Shown piece after piece: positions 18,512 through 27,887 of a stretch of DNA of 64,000 bases. The stretch lies in assembly GCA_964481125.1 (NCBI GenBank), contig CAYZSL010000002.1:24597-88596 (forward strand), written 5' to 3'. Within the stretch, counting starts at the first letter, position 1. Each line of letters starts with the position of its first letter. A program made the translations under genes and the position numbers. The notes under the pieces are model-generated. The model was not told where the DNA came from. It was given only the letters and a program-made list of their open reading frames with translations, and did not search any database. This DNA is from an uncultured Candidatus Saccharibacteria bacterium. Its GTDB lineage: Bacteria > Patescibacteriota > Minisyncoccia > Minisyncoccales > RBG-13-42-11.

Positions 18512-18536
18512 TGGCTCCGGAGGTAGGATTCGAACC
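18512..18536 (-). pseudogene. tRNA 3'-end fragment (Asn-like), probable att site
   Basis: Minus strand GGTTCGAATCCTACCTCCGGAGCCA: T-loop, 3' T-stem, acceptor strand and CCA; the 5' part of the tRNA is absent. Confidence 0.8.
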
Positions 18537-18537
18537 G

Positions 18538-19122
18538 CTAATTCTTTTTAGCTAATTCGAACGCTTTCAAGTTTAACTCCAAATATTTTTCCGGAATTAG
18601 CTTTTTAATAGCTTTTTGAATAGATAGCGGCTTTAAAGGTATTAAACCTTTAAAAGCGGCAAAGCTCATTAAATAAATCCCTGATACAACGCTGTTTCCC
18701 AGCTTTTCCTGGCAGATTTTTTCAGCTGGAATCAAATGAATGTTTTTGCTGATTTTTTTTAACTGATTCATAATTTCAGCTTCAGACAAAGGTTTTTTCA
18801 AAGGAATGGGAATGACAAACTTATTTATTAAAAAGTTTGTTTTCGGATTGGCAAAATATAGTCCGTTTAAAATCTCCTGCTCTTCCAATCCTAAAACCAG
18901 ATCTGCTTTACCTTGAGCAACCATAGGAGAATAAATTTTCTTGCCAAACCTGATATGCACTTCAACTGAACCGCCTCTCTGGGATAAGCCGTGAAGCTCG
19001 GAAGTCCTGACATTATAACCTTCAAACACAGCTGCTTCTGAAATTATCTGTAAAAGAGTAATCAAGCCCTGTCCTCCAGTGCCAACTATCATCATATTAA
19101 ATTGTTCTGCTTTTTTAATCAT
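18538..19122 (-). CDS. iorB: Indolepyruvate:ferredoxin oxidoreductase beta subunit
   Basis: GTGGQG, SELHGLSQRGGSV, NLKAFELA. Confidence 0.9.
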   Translation of the reverse strand: MIKKAEQFNMMIVGTGGQGLITLLQIISEAAVFEGYNVRTSELHGLSQRGGSVEVHIRFGKKIYSPMVAQGKADLVLGLEEQEILNGLYFANPKTNFLINKFVIPIPLKKPLSEAEIMNQLKKISKNIHLIPAEKICQEKLGNSVVSGIYLMSFAAFKGLIPLKPLSIQKAIKKLIPEKYLELNLKAFELAKKN

Positions 19123-20738
19123 TTTTTAGGGACAACGAATTTACAAGGATGTTTAGAAACGATTACCGAAACCTCTTCTTTTACCAAAAACTCTTTTATC
19201 GTATCGATAAATTCCTTCTGGTTTACAGGATCAATGGTTTTAACATTTTTTACCCCGCAGGCCCTGACCAATTTCTCAATATTGATATCAGTCTCTGTGC
19301 CAACAGAAACAGGGTGCGGCTGATGGCCTGTCATGGCAGTGGTTTCATTATTCAAAATAATGATCAATGGGTTTGATTTGTTAAAAACAGTGTTTATCAA
19401 AGCCGGTATGCCAGAATGAAAGAAAGAAGAATCGCCGACAAAAGTAATCAGCTTTTGCGAGGTAGCTTTTTTAATTCCATGGGCAATACCGACCGAAGAA
19501 CCCATACAAGACAAATAATCCTGAAGATTGATCGGCGAATTGCCAAAAAGCATATAACAGCCTATCTCGCCCCCGAATACCACCTTATTCACATCAACCG
19601 CCTTTTTAATAGCTGAAACAACCAACCAGTAAGGACATCCAGGACAAAGCTGAGGAGAACGCCTTAAAGGTTTAAAATCTGATTTTCTCGATTTATATGA
19701 CTTACCGGTTATTTTCGCAATAGCTTCAGCCACATATTCCGGCTTCAATTCTCCAACCACCGGCAATACATTCTTTCCGAAAACCTCCAGTTTGCAGTTA
19801 GCTTGCTTAGCCAGTCTTTCAACTTCTTTTTCCAAATGCGATTCCAATTCTTCAACCACTAAAACCTTTTTAAGATTCTTAATAAATGATTTTATTCCTT
19901 TTTCCGCCAAAGGATAGGAAAAAGTAAGCTTCAAAACCGGCAAATCCAGCTTCATTTCGGTTAAAGCTTCCCTAACATATAGATAAGAAACACCAGAGGT
20001 AATAATACCTGTTTTTTGCTTTGCACCCTCTATTTTCAATAAACTTTCAGAAACACTTCTAATTTTTTCTATCTTTTCAAAAAGCTCTTTTTTCATTTCC
20101 AGAACTCTTGGCGGCAAAGTAACAAATCTTTTTACGTCTTTGACAAAAGTTCCCTTTTTAAAACCAGAAGACTTAAAAGCAGACATTCTAACTGGCATTT
20201 TCTGATGAGCCACTCTGGTAGTTGTTCTGATCATGACCGGAATATTGAATTTCTCTGACATTTTAAAGCCCAGTTTTACGAAATCCAAACACTCTTGCGG
20301 GTCTGAGGGCTCCAAAATCGGTATATGGACAATATTATCCATGGGCCTGGTATTCTCTTCTGACTGGGCTGAACTGTGACAAGAAGGATCATCTGCCACG
20401 ATAATAACTGTCGGACCTTTAGCTCCTGTATAAACAAAAGGAATTAAAGCATCCAAACAAACGTTCAAGCCGAAATTCTTCATGGCTACCAATGTTTTTA
20501 AACCGGAAAAACTGGCGCCAACGCCAGCTTCCAAAGCCACTTTTTCATTAGTCGAAAATTCAAAATAAACGCCAGCATCTTTGGCAATTTTAAAAAAAGT
20601 GTTGCCTATTTCAGAAGCCGGAGTACCAGGATAAGTTGAAACAAAATTGACGCCTGCTTCCAGGGCGCCTCGAACAATTGCTTCATTACCCAATAAGATA
20701 ATTTTCTTCCCGCCTTCTTTTGAAAGGAGTTTATCCAT
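19119..20738 (-). CDS. iorA: Indolepyruvate:ferredoxin oxidoreductase alpha subunit (short form)
   Basis: LGNEAIVRGA, YPGTP, NEKVALE, CPGCP, IGCY, GDSSFFHSG, TAMTGHQP. Confidence 0.92.
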   Translation of the reverse strand: MDKLLSKEGGKKIILLGNEAIVRGALEAGVNFVSTYPGTPASEIGNTFFKIAKDAGVYFEFSTNEKVALEAGVGASFSGLKTLVAMKNFGLNVCLDALIPFVYTGAKGPTVIIVADDPSCHSSAQSEENTRPMDNIVHIPILEPSDPQECLDFVKLGFKMSEKFNIPVMIRTTTRVAHQKMPVRMSAFKSSGFKKGTFVKDVKRFVTLPPRVLEMKKELFEKIEKIRSVSESLLKIEGAKQKTGIITSGVSYLYVREALTEMKLDLPVLKLTFSYPLAEKGIKSFIKNLKKVLVVEELESHLEKEVERLAKQANCKLEVFGKNVLPVVGELKPEYVAEAIAKITGKSYKSRKSDFKPLRRSPQLCPGCPYWLVVSAIKKAVDVNKVVFGGEIGCYMLFGNSPINLQDYLSCMGSSVGIAHGIKKATSQKLITFVGDSSFFHSGIPALINTVFNKSNPLIIILNNETTAMTGHQPHPVSVGTETDINIEKLVRACGVKNVKTIDPVNQKEFIDTIKEFLVKEEVSVIVSKHPCKFVVPKK

Positions 20739-20767
20739 ATAGAATTATTATACAAAATATCACCTGA

Positions 20768-22588
20768 CTATTCCACTGTCACGGACTTTGCCAGGTTTCT
20801 CGGCTTATCAACGTCGTTACCAAGAGCAACAGACATATAATAAGCAAAAAGGTGCAGAGGAATCACCGATAAAATCGGCGTCAGCATTTCCAAGGTTTTC
20901 GGAATGTAAATGACGTCATCAACCAGCTTTTTAATATCTTCGTTGCCTTCGGTAGCTATGGCTAAAACCGGTCCTTTTCTCGCTTTAATCTCCTGGATAT
21001 TGGATACCATTTTGTCATAAACCGAATCTGAGGGACAAATGGCAACAGTCGGAAAATCCTCTTCTATTAAAGCCAGAGCTCCATGCTTTAATTCTCCGGC
21101 AGGAATGCCCTCGGCATGCAAATAAGAAGTTTCTTTCAATTTCAAAGCGCCTTCCAAAGCAACGGGATAATTGTATTTTCTGCCCATAAACCAAAAGTTT
21201 TTGAAATCTTTATACTTTTGGGCCAATTTCTCAATTTCAGAACTTTGGCTTAAAACCCTTCTGGCAAGATCAGGCAATTTTGAAAGTTCAGAAACAATTC
21301 TTTTGCCGGTTACCAAAGACATGTCCCTTTGCCTTCCCAAATAAACGGTAATCATGGCCAAAGTAGATAATTGTCCCAAAAACGCTTTTGTCGAGGCGAC
21401 AGCCACTTCCTGTCCTGACCTTGTATAAATACCAGCTGCTGTTTCCCTGGATTGGCTGGAGCCGACAACATTCGTAATCCCCAAAGTCAAAGCTCCTTTC
21501 TCTTTCATTTCTTTTATGGCAGCTAGAGTATCTGCTGTTTCGCCTGATTGGGAAACAAATATGCCGGCTGTGTTTTTGTCGATAATAGGCTTTCTGTAGC
21601 GGAATTCCGATCCCAAATCAACTTCTGCGGGTAAATTAGCATACTCTTCCAACATATATTCGCCAACTCTGGCTGCATAAGAAGCTGTACCACAAGCTAT
21701 TAGAAACACTTTTTTAATTTCCCTTAATTTATGTTCCGAGGAAGCCAATCCCCCAAGCTTTACGTTACCTTCATCCAACAAAAGTCTTCCCCTGATAGCA
21801 TTCTCAATAGCTTCCGGCTCATCCATGATTTCTTTCAGCATAAAGTGAGGGTAGATGCCTTTTTGAGCTTCCTCCGGTGTCCAATCAATCTGAACAAATG
21901 CTTTTTCTTTTAAAATATGGAAATTATCCATTTTTAAAACGGCAATTTCATTGTCGTCTAAATTAATGACTTGTCTGGTATGAGTAATGACAGCTGAAGG
22001 GTCAGAAGCAATCAAGATTCCGTCCTGATTAACGCCCAAAATCAGAGGAGAAGAAAGACGGGCAGCAACTATTTTGCCGGGATCTTTTTTGGCAATAACA
22101 ACCAGTCCGTAAGTGCCTCTTACTTCTCTTAAAGCCTTTCTAACTGCCTCCTCAAGATTCCCATCAAAATATTTTTCAATTAAATGAGATAAAACTTCAG
22201 TATCGGTTTCAGAACTAAATTTATGGCCTTCTTTAATCAACTTTTCCTTTAATTCCCGGTAATTCTCAATAATGCCGTTGTGAATTGAAAAAATCTCTTT
22301 TTTGCAATCCCAGTGCGGATGAGCGTTTTCATCTGTCACTCCGCCGTGAGTCGCCCAGCGAGTATGTAAGATAAAAGGATTGCCTTTTAATTCCAGATTG
22401 CTTTCTGCTATTAATTTTTCCAAATCGTCTATCCTGCCTGCTTTTTTCAAACAAAAAATCTCCTTTTTTTCAGGACTGTACCAGGCAACGCCTGCTGAAT
22501 CATAACCGCGATACTCTAATCTTCTTAAAACATCCAATCCTACCCTAACATCTTGATTTTTGCCGATGTAACCGACAATACCGCACAT
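20768..22588 (-). CDS. glmS: Glutamine-fructose-6-phosphate aminotransferase
   Basis: MCGIVG, EYRGYDSAG, SQSGET, PRNLAKSVTVE. Confidence 0.98.
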   Translation of the reverse strand: MCGIVGYIGKNQDVRVGLDVLRRLEYRGYDSAGVAWYSPEKKEIFCLKKAGRIDDLEKLIAESNLELKGNPFILHTRWATHGGVTDENAHPHWDCKKEIFSIHNGIIENYRELKEKLIKEGHKFSSETDTEVLSHLIEKYFDGNLEEAVRKALREVRGTYGLVVIAKKDPGKIVAARLSSPLILGVNQDGILIASDPSAVITHTRQVINLDDNEIAVLKMDNFHILKEKAFVQIDWTPEEAQKGIYPHFMLKEIMDEPEAIENAIRGRLLLDEGNVKLGGLASSEHKLREIKKVFLIACGTASYAARVGEYMLEEYANLPAEVDLGSEFRYRKPIIDKNTAGIFVSQSGETADTLAAIKEMKEKGALTLGITNVVGSSQSRETAAGIYTRSGQEVAVASTKAFLGQLSTLAMITVYLGRQRDMSLVTGKRIVSELSKLPDLARRVLSQSSEIEKLAQKYKDFKNFWFMGRKYNYPVALEGALKLKETSYLHAEGIPAGELKHGALALIEEDFPTVAICPSDSVYDKMVSNIQEIKARKGPVLAIATEGNEDIKKLVDDVIYIPKTLEMLTPILSVIPLHLFAYYMSVALGNDVDKPRNLAKSVTVE

Positions 22589-22592
22589 AAAT

Positions 22593-24992
22593 TTAGATTA
22601 CGATATTTATTAATCTTCCGGGAACAAAAATTACCTTTTTAATTTCTTTATTCTGTATCCATTTTTTAACATTTTGACTGGAAATTGCAAGTTCTTTGGC
22701 TTTTTCTTCGGAAATATCAATTTCAACTTCGATTTTGTCCCTGACCCTGCCGTTAACCTGAATAACCAAGGTTATCATATCGTCTTTAATCAGTTTCTTG
22801 TCGTATTTCGGCCAAGATTGCTTATGGATCGAATCCTTATTCCCTAACTGCCTCCAAAGCTCTTCAGTAATATGCGGCGCAAAAGGAGCTAAAATGATCA
22901 AGAATAAAGAATAATAAGAAAGAGAAATCTTTTCTTCTTTTTCAAAACGATTGGCCAATATCATTAAAGCTGAAACTGCTGTATTGAATTTAAAATCCTC
23001 CAAATCCTCATTTATTTTTTTAATTGTTTTATGAACCAGCTTCTCCAATTCTTGGTTTTTAATTCCTTTTTCCTGATTCACTTTAAAACTTAATTTCCAT
23101 ACCTTATCTAAAAACCTATAACAACCTTTCAACCCATTAATATTCCAATTAATCGCCTGATCAAAAGGGCCCATAAACATTTCATAAAGTCTCAAGCTGT
23201 CAGCGCCAAAAGTTTTTACAATGTCATCGGGATTAATGACATTACCGAAAGACTTTGACATTTTTCTGCTGTCTTCAGCCAAGACTATGCCGTGCGAAGT
23301 CCTTCTTTTGTACGGTTCTGACCCTGGAACAACGCCGATATCATAAAGGAACTTGTACCAAAAACGGGAATACAGCAAATGCAAAGTAGTATGTTCAAAC
23401 CCTCCATTGTACCAGTCAACCGGCAACCAATGTTTTAATTTCTTTTTATCAGCTATTTTTTTATCATTTCCAGGATCAGTATAACGAATGTAATACCAAT
23501 TAGAGCCTGCCCAGTTGGGCATAGTATCTGTTTCTCTTTTGGCGGACCCTTTGCATTTCGGGCATTTTACATTAACCCACTCTTCAATTTTGGATAAAGG
23601 TGATTCTCCTGTTCCTGTTGGCTGGTATTTTTCAACATATGGGAGTTCAATCGGCAATTCCTTTTCTGAGACAGAAACTGCTCCGCATTTTTCACAATGG
23701 ATAATCGGAATCGGCTCTCCCCAGTAATGCTGCCTGGAAAAAACCCAATCACGTAGTTTGTACTGAATTGTTTTTTTGCCGAGTTTTTTCTTTTCCAGCC
23801 ATTCGGTTATTTTCTTGATTGCTTGTTCAGATGTTAATCCATTAAATTCTTCAGAATTAACTAAAACTCCGTAACCAACAAAGGCTTCTTTAGAAATATC
23901 GCCCCCTGAAATGACTTCCCTGATTTCCAATCCATATTTCTTGGCAAAATCGTAATCGCGGTAATCGTGTGCTGGCACCGTCATAACCGCTCCTCCGCCG
24001 TAAGCAGCTACTATATAATCACCGATCCAGACAGGCACCTTCTCGCTATTAATCGGATTCAAACAAAAGGAACCGGTAAAAACGCCTGTTTTTTCTTTTT
24101 CCAATTCTGTTCTTTCGAATTCGCTTTTCTTTTTTGATTCTTCAATATACTTTGCAACTTCCTCTCTGCGTTCTTCTTTCGTTATCTTTTGGATTAAGGG
24201 ATGCTCTGGAGCCAAAACAACTGCCGTTACCCCGAAAATAGTATCTATCCTAGTGGTAAAAACTTTTATTGATTCCTGAGAATCAACCAGTTTAAAATCA
24301 ACTTCAGCCCCGTAACTCTTGCCAATCCAGTTAATCTGCTGGGTTTTGATTTTTTCAAGGTAATCAACCTTGTCCAAATCTTCAATCAATCGATCGGCAT
24401 ATTTTGTTATTTTCAATAACCATTGTTTTATCGTTTTTTGTTCGGTTTGGGCATCGCAACGCTCGCACTTGCCGTCCACCACTTCCTCGTGAGCCAAACC
24501 GATCCTACAAGAGGGACACCAATTAATAGGAATTTCTGCTTGATAGGCCAATCCCTTTTTGAATAGTTGTAAAAATATCCACTGAGTCCATTTATAATAC
24601 TTTGGGTCAGTAGTATTTATTTCCCGGCTCCAATCAAAAGAAAGACCCAAAGATTTCAACTGTCTCTTGAAATTAGCGATATTTTTCTCAGTAGCCACTT
24701 GCGGATGAACGCCTGTTTTTATGGCATAGTTTTCAGTCGGCAAACCAAAAGCGTCCCAGCCAATGGGATATAAAACATTAAAGCCCTCCATTCTTTTTTT
24801 TCTAGCTACTGCATCTAATGCAGAATAGCTGCGGCAGTGGCCGACATGAAGACCATCCCCCGAAGGATAAGGAAATTCAATAAGAATGTATTGTTTCGGC
24901 TTTTTCGAAGAATCTTCAGCCTTGTAAAAGCCGTTTTTCTCCCAATATTCCTGCCATTTTTTCTCAATTTTCTGCGGATTATATGATTCCAT
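22593..24992 (-). CDS. leuS: Leucyl-tRNA synthetase
   Basis: FPYPSG..LHVGH, GWDAFGLP.EN, KMSKS. Confidence 0.98.
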   Translation of the reverse strand: MESYNPQKIEKKWQEYWEKNGFYKAEDSSKKPKQYILIEFPYPSGDGLHVGHCRSYSALDAVARKKRMEGFNVLYPIGWDAFGLPTENYAIKTGVHPQVATEKNIANFKRQLKSLGLSFDWSREINTTDPKYYKWTQWIFLQLFKKGLAYQAEIPINWCPSCRIGLAHEEVVDGKCERCDAQTEQKTIKQWLLKITKYADRLIEDLDKVDYLEKIKTQQINWIGKSYGAEVDFKLVDSQESIKVFTTRIDTIFGVTAVVLAPEHPLIQKITKEERREEVAKYIEESKKKSEFERTELEKEKTGVFTGSFCLNPINSEKVPVWIGDYIVAAYGGGAVMTVPAHDYRDYDFAKKYGLEIREVISGGDISKEAFVGYGVLVNSEEFNGLTSEQAIKKITEWLEKKKLGKKTIQYKLRDWVFSRQHYWGEPIPIIHCEKCGAVSVSEKELPIELPYVEKYQPTGTGESPLSKIEEWVNVKCPKCKGSAKRETDTMPNWAGSNWYYIRYTDPGNDKKIADKKKLKHWLPVDWYNGGFEHTTLHLLYSRFWYKFLYDIGVVPGSEPYKRRTSHGIVLAEDSRKMSKSFGNVINPDDIVKTFGADSLRLYEMFMGPFDQAINWNINGLKGCYRFLDKVWKLSFKVNQEKGIKNQELEKLVHKTIKKINEDLEDFKFNTAVSALMILANRFEKEEKISLSYYSLFLIILAPFAPHITEELWRQLGNKDSIHKQSWPKYDKKLIKDDMITLVIQVNGRVRDKIEVEIDISEEKAKELAISSQNVKKWIQNKEIKKVIFVPGRLINIVI

Positions 24993-24994
24993 TG

Positions 24995-25816
24995 TTAAAT
25001 ATTGAATAATTTCTTAGCATTTTCAGTAGTTGCTTCCAATATTTCTTCATAGCTCAATTTCCTGATTTTAGCAATTCTTTCAGCAACGTATTTTACATAT
25101 ATTGGCTCATTGCGGCCGGTCATGGGAAACGGCGTCAAATAGGGACAATCTGTCTCAATCAAAACCTTATCAAGTGGAATTTTCTCAATAACTTCGTCCA
25201 AATTCAACTTAAAAATTATTCCGTTAAATCCGAGATAAAATCCCATATCAAGATATTTTTCAGCTTGCTGCCAATCCCCAGAAAAGCAATGAATAGCTCC
25301 CTGTAATTTACCGTCGTATCGCCCAAGTATTTCAATAAGTTCATCATGCGCCATGCGGCAATGGAAAATTATAGGAAGATTCAATTCTTTAGCCAAATCA
25401 ATTTCTTTTAAAAACGTTTCTCTCTGTTTTTCTTTAAATACTTCCAGCTTTGTTTTGGTCTTCGGCCGGTAATAATAATCAAGGCCTATTTCGCCGATAG
25501 CCACTACTTTTTTTGATTCAGCTAAAGTTTTATATTTTAAATAATCAAAATCTTCATTTTTTGTCTGAAAAGCTATTTCTTCCGTATCTAGCTTTGTCTT
25601 AAAGATTCCTTCAGCTAAATGAATCGGATGAAGACCAACAGCGACATATACGCCTTGTTCATGCTTTTCAGCCATTCCAACCGCTCTTTTTGACGTTTCG
25701 TAAGTGGAACCGACGTTTATTATCCAAACATCGTTATCTAAAGACCGACGAATTACTTCGTCGGCATCATCTTTATAGGCATTAAAATTCAAGTGAGCGT
25801 GGGTATCAATTAGCAT
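24995..25816 (-). CDS. tatD: TatD family hydrolase
   Basis: IDTHAHL, GEIGLDYY, ETDCPYL. Confidence 0.95.
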   Translation of the reverse strand: MLIDTHAHLNFNAYKDDADEVIRRSLDNDVWIINVGSTYETSKRAVGMAEKHEQGVYVAVGLHPIHLAEGIFKTKLDTEEIAFQTKNEDFDYLKYKTLAESKKVVAIGEIGLDYYYRPKTKTKLEVFKEKQRETFLKEIDLAKELNLPIIFHCRMAHDELIEILGRYDGKLQGAIHCFSGDWQQAEKYLDMGFYLGFNGIIFKLNLDEVIEKIPLDKVLIETDCPYLTPFPMTGRNEPIYVKYVAERIAKIRKLSYEEILEATTENAKKLFNI

Positions 25817-27216
25817 TATATTCTCGGAAATAAAGGTATGCTTTTTTCACTTTTTAAATGCTCAAGTATCTTTTCAGAGGTTTCTGGCAAAAATGGTTTT
25901 AACAAAGAAGCGATCTCTTTAATAGCAAACAATAAATTGTTTAATATTGTGTTTTGGTTATCAGATTGCTCCCAAGGCCTTTCTTTTTCAATATATTTGT
26001 CGCAAAAACTGATTAATTCCCAAATAACGGCCAAAGCTTCATTAAATTTGAATTCGTCTAACGCTTTCTTATATTCTTTTTTGCTTTTATCGATTGCTTT
26101 CTGGAAGCTTTTATCTGAAAGCTTGTCGGGAACAGATAATTTCAGGCTTTGTGCGATTTTAACCACTCTGGCCACCAAATTCCCTATGCCGCTGGCCAAA
26201 TCCGAATTATATCTCTGTTCAAACTTATCATATGTAAAATCGCCGTCCTCGGTTGAGGGAATCTCGCGCAAAAGAAAATATCTGACAGCATCCACACCAT
26301 ATTTTCCGACTAATTCAAAAGGACCAATCACATTCCCCAGGCTTTTTGACATTTTTTTTCCGTCAGCAGTAATAAAGCCGTGGACGAATATATTCTTCGG
26401 CCTTTCCAAGCCGACAGCTAAAAGCATGGCTGGCCACATTAAAGCGTGGAAACGGAATATATCCTTGCCAAGACAGTGGACATCAGCTGGCCAATATCGA
26501 TGAGGAAAAAGATAATTAAGCAAAGCCTCAAACCAAACATATATTATTTGGTCGGGATCATCGGGCACTGGTATTCCCCATTTTGAACTCTCTTTTGACC
26601 GGGAAACGCTGATATCTTCTATCCCCTGGTTGATAAAACTTAAAATTTCATTCTTTCTGCTTTCCGGAATAATTTTAATTTTATCTTTCTCTATCTCTTT
26701 TTTCACTAAAGAAGCATATTTTGAAAGCTTGAAAAAATAATTCTCTTCCTCAACCGATTCCGGCTTATTATCGTGATTGGGGCATTTGCCGTTTATTAAA
26801 TCCTTTTCTTTAACAAAGGCTTCGCAACCAACGCAATAAAGCCCCTTGTATTTCTTTTTATAAATATCTCCTTTTTTAACCAGTTTATTCCAAAACTTTT
26901 CAACTGTCGGCCAGTGCCTTTTCCTGTCAGTCGTCCTAATGAAATCATTGTTAGAAATATTTAAAACTTTTGTTAAAGCCCTATATCTCTCAGAAATTTC
27001 ATCAACAAAAACAATTGGCGCTTTCCCTTGTTCTTCTGCTTTCCTTTCAATTTTTAACCCGTGTTCGTCCGTGCCAGTCAAAAAGAAAACATTCTTTCCC
27101 AAAATCTTCTGATGGCGGGCCAGTACGTCTGCCTGAACCAATTCCAAAACAAAACCGATATGCGGCAAAGCATTTGTGTAGGCAATGCTAGTTGTTATAT
27201 AAAACTTATTTTTCAT
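25816..27216 (-). CDS. metG: Methionyl-tRNA synthetase (short form)
   Basis: FYITT..Y, PHIGF, GTDEHG, KMSKS; start set at MKNKFY. Confidence 0.95.
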   Translation of the reverse strand: MKNKFYITTSIAYTNALPHIGFVLELVQADVLARHQKILGKNVFFLTGTDEHGLKIERKAEEQGKAPIVFVDEISERYRALTKVLNISNNDFIRTTDRKRHWPTVEKFWNKLVKKGDIYKKKYKGLYCVGCEAFVKEKDLINGKCPNHDNKPESVEEENYFFKLSKYASLVKKEIEKDKIKIIPESRKNEILSFINQGIEDISVSRSKESSKWGIPVPDDPDQIIYVWFEALLNYLFPHRYWPADVHCLGKDIFRFHALMWPAMLLAVGLERPKNIFVHGFITADGKKMSKSLGNVIGPFELVGKYGVDAVRYFLLREIPSTEDGDFTYDKFEQRYNSDLASGIGNLVARVVKIAQSLKLSVPDKLSDKSFQKAIDKSKKEYKKALDEFKFNEALAVIWELISFCDKYIEKERPWEQSDNQNTILNNLLFAIKEIASLLKPFLPETSEKILEHLKSEKSIPLFPRI

Positions 27217-27886
27217 TTCTATGTATGATAATAACAAACTCTCCTTTTATTTTATCATTTTGAACGTCTTTTATCACTTTTTCGACGTTTCCCCGGTAAA
27301 CCGTTTCGAATTTCTTGGTTAGCTCGCGACAAACCACTACCCTCAATCCTTTATTCATGTTTTTTAATTCTTCCAATGTTTTTATAATCCTGTAGGGAGA
27401 TTCATATAATATTACCGGATATTTTGAGCTGACCGCCTCTTCAAAAAACTTCTTTCTCTTGTTTTTCACTGGCGGAAAGCCCAAAAATAAGAATCTATCA
27501 GTCGGAAACCCGGAAACCGAAGCAGCTGCAATCACAGCTGAAGCTCCGGGGATGGGAACGATTTTCACCTTATCTCCTAAGTTTTTTGCTACTTCATCAA
27601 TCAATAAATTTCCTGGATCAGAAATGCCAGGAGTCCCAGCATCCGAAACAAGAGCTAAGTTCCTGCCTACCTTTAATAAATCAATAATGTAATCTGTTTT
27701 ATTAAGTTTTGAATGCTGGTGATAGCTTATTGTTTGTTTTTTAATGCCACATGAATCCAATAATATTTTGGTTTTCCTGGTGTCTTCGCACAAAATTAAA
27801 TCAACCTCCGATAAAATGCGGAGGGCTCTTTTTGAAACGTCTTCTAAATTCCCGATGGGAGTAGCAATAATGTAAAGAAATGCCAT
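27206..27886 (-). CDS. rsmI: 16S rRNA C1402 2'-O-methyltransferase
   Basis: ATPIGNLED, CEDTR, SDAGTPGISDPG, RELTKKFE. Confidence 0.96.
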   Translation of the reverse strand: MAFLYIIATPIGNLEDVSKRALRILSEVDLILCEDTRKTKILLDSCGIKKQTISYHQHSKLNKTDYIIDLLKVGRNLALVSDAGTPGISDPGNLLIDEVAKNLGDKVKIVPIPGASAVIAAASVSGFPTDRFLFLGFPPVKNKRKKFFEEAVSSKYPVILYESPYRIIKTLEELKNMNKGLRVVVCRELTKKFETVYRGNVEKVIKDVQNDKIKGEFVIIIHRNEK

Positions 27887-27887
27887 T

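Larger units (their letters stand above)
12995..18536. mobile_element. Accessory cassette array bounded by recurrent att-like sites and a tRNA 3' fragment
   Basis: Seven copies of a GACGAYGTTMGAACY-like site, repeated TAGCTCC motifs, a tRNA 3' fragment at 18512-18536, only hypothetical cargo genes, all on minus. Confidence 0.7.

Noticed and set aside
22589-22592. glmS ribozyme
   Set aside because: Only 4 nt separate leuS and glmS.
25838-26503. Long antisense ORFs (here, 30150-30638, 60113-60592 and others)
   Set aside because: Shadow frames opposite well-supported genes, with no motifs.
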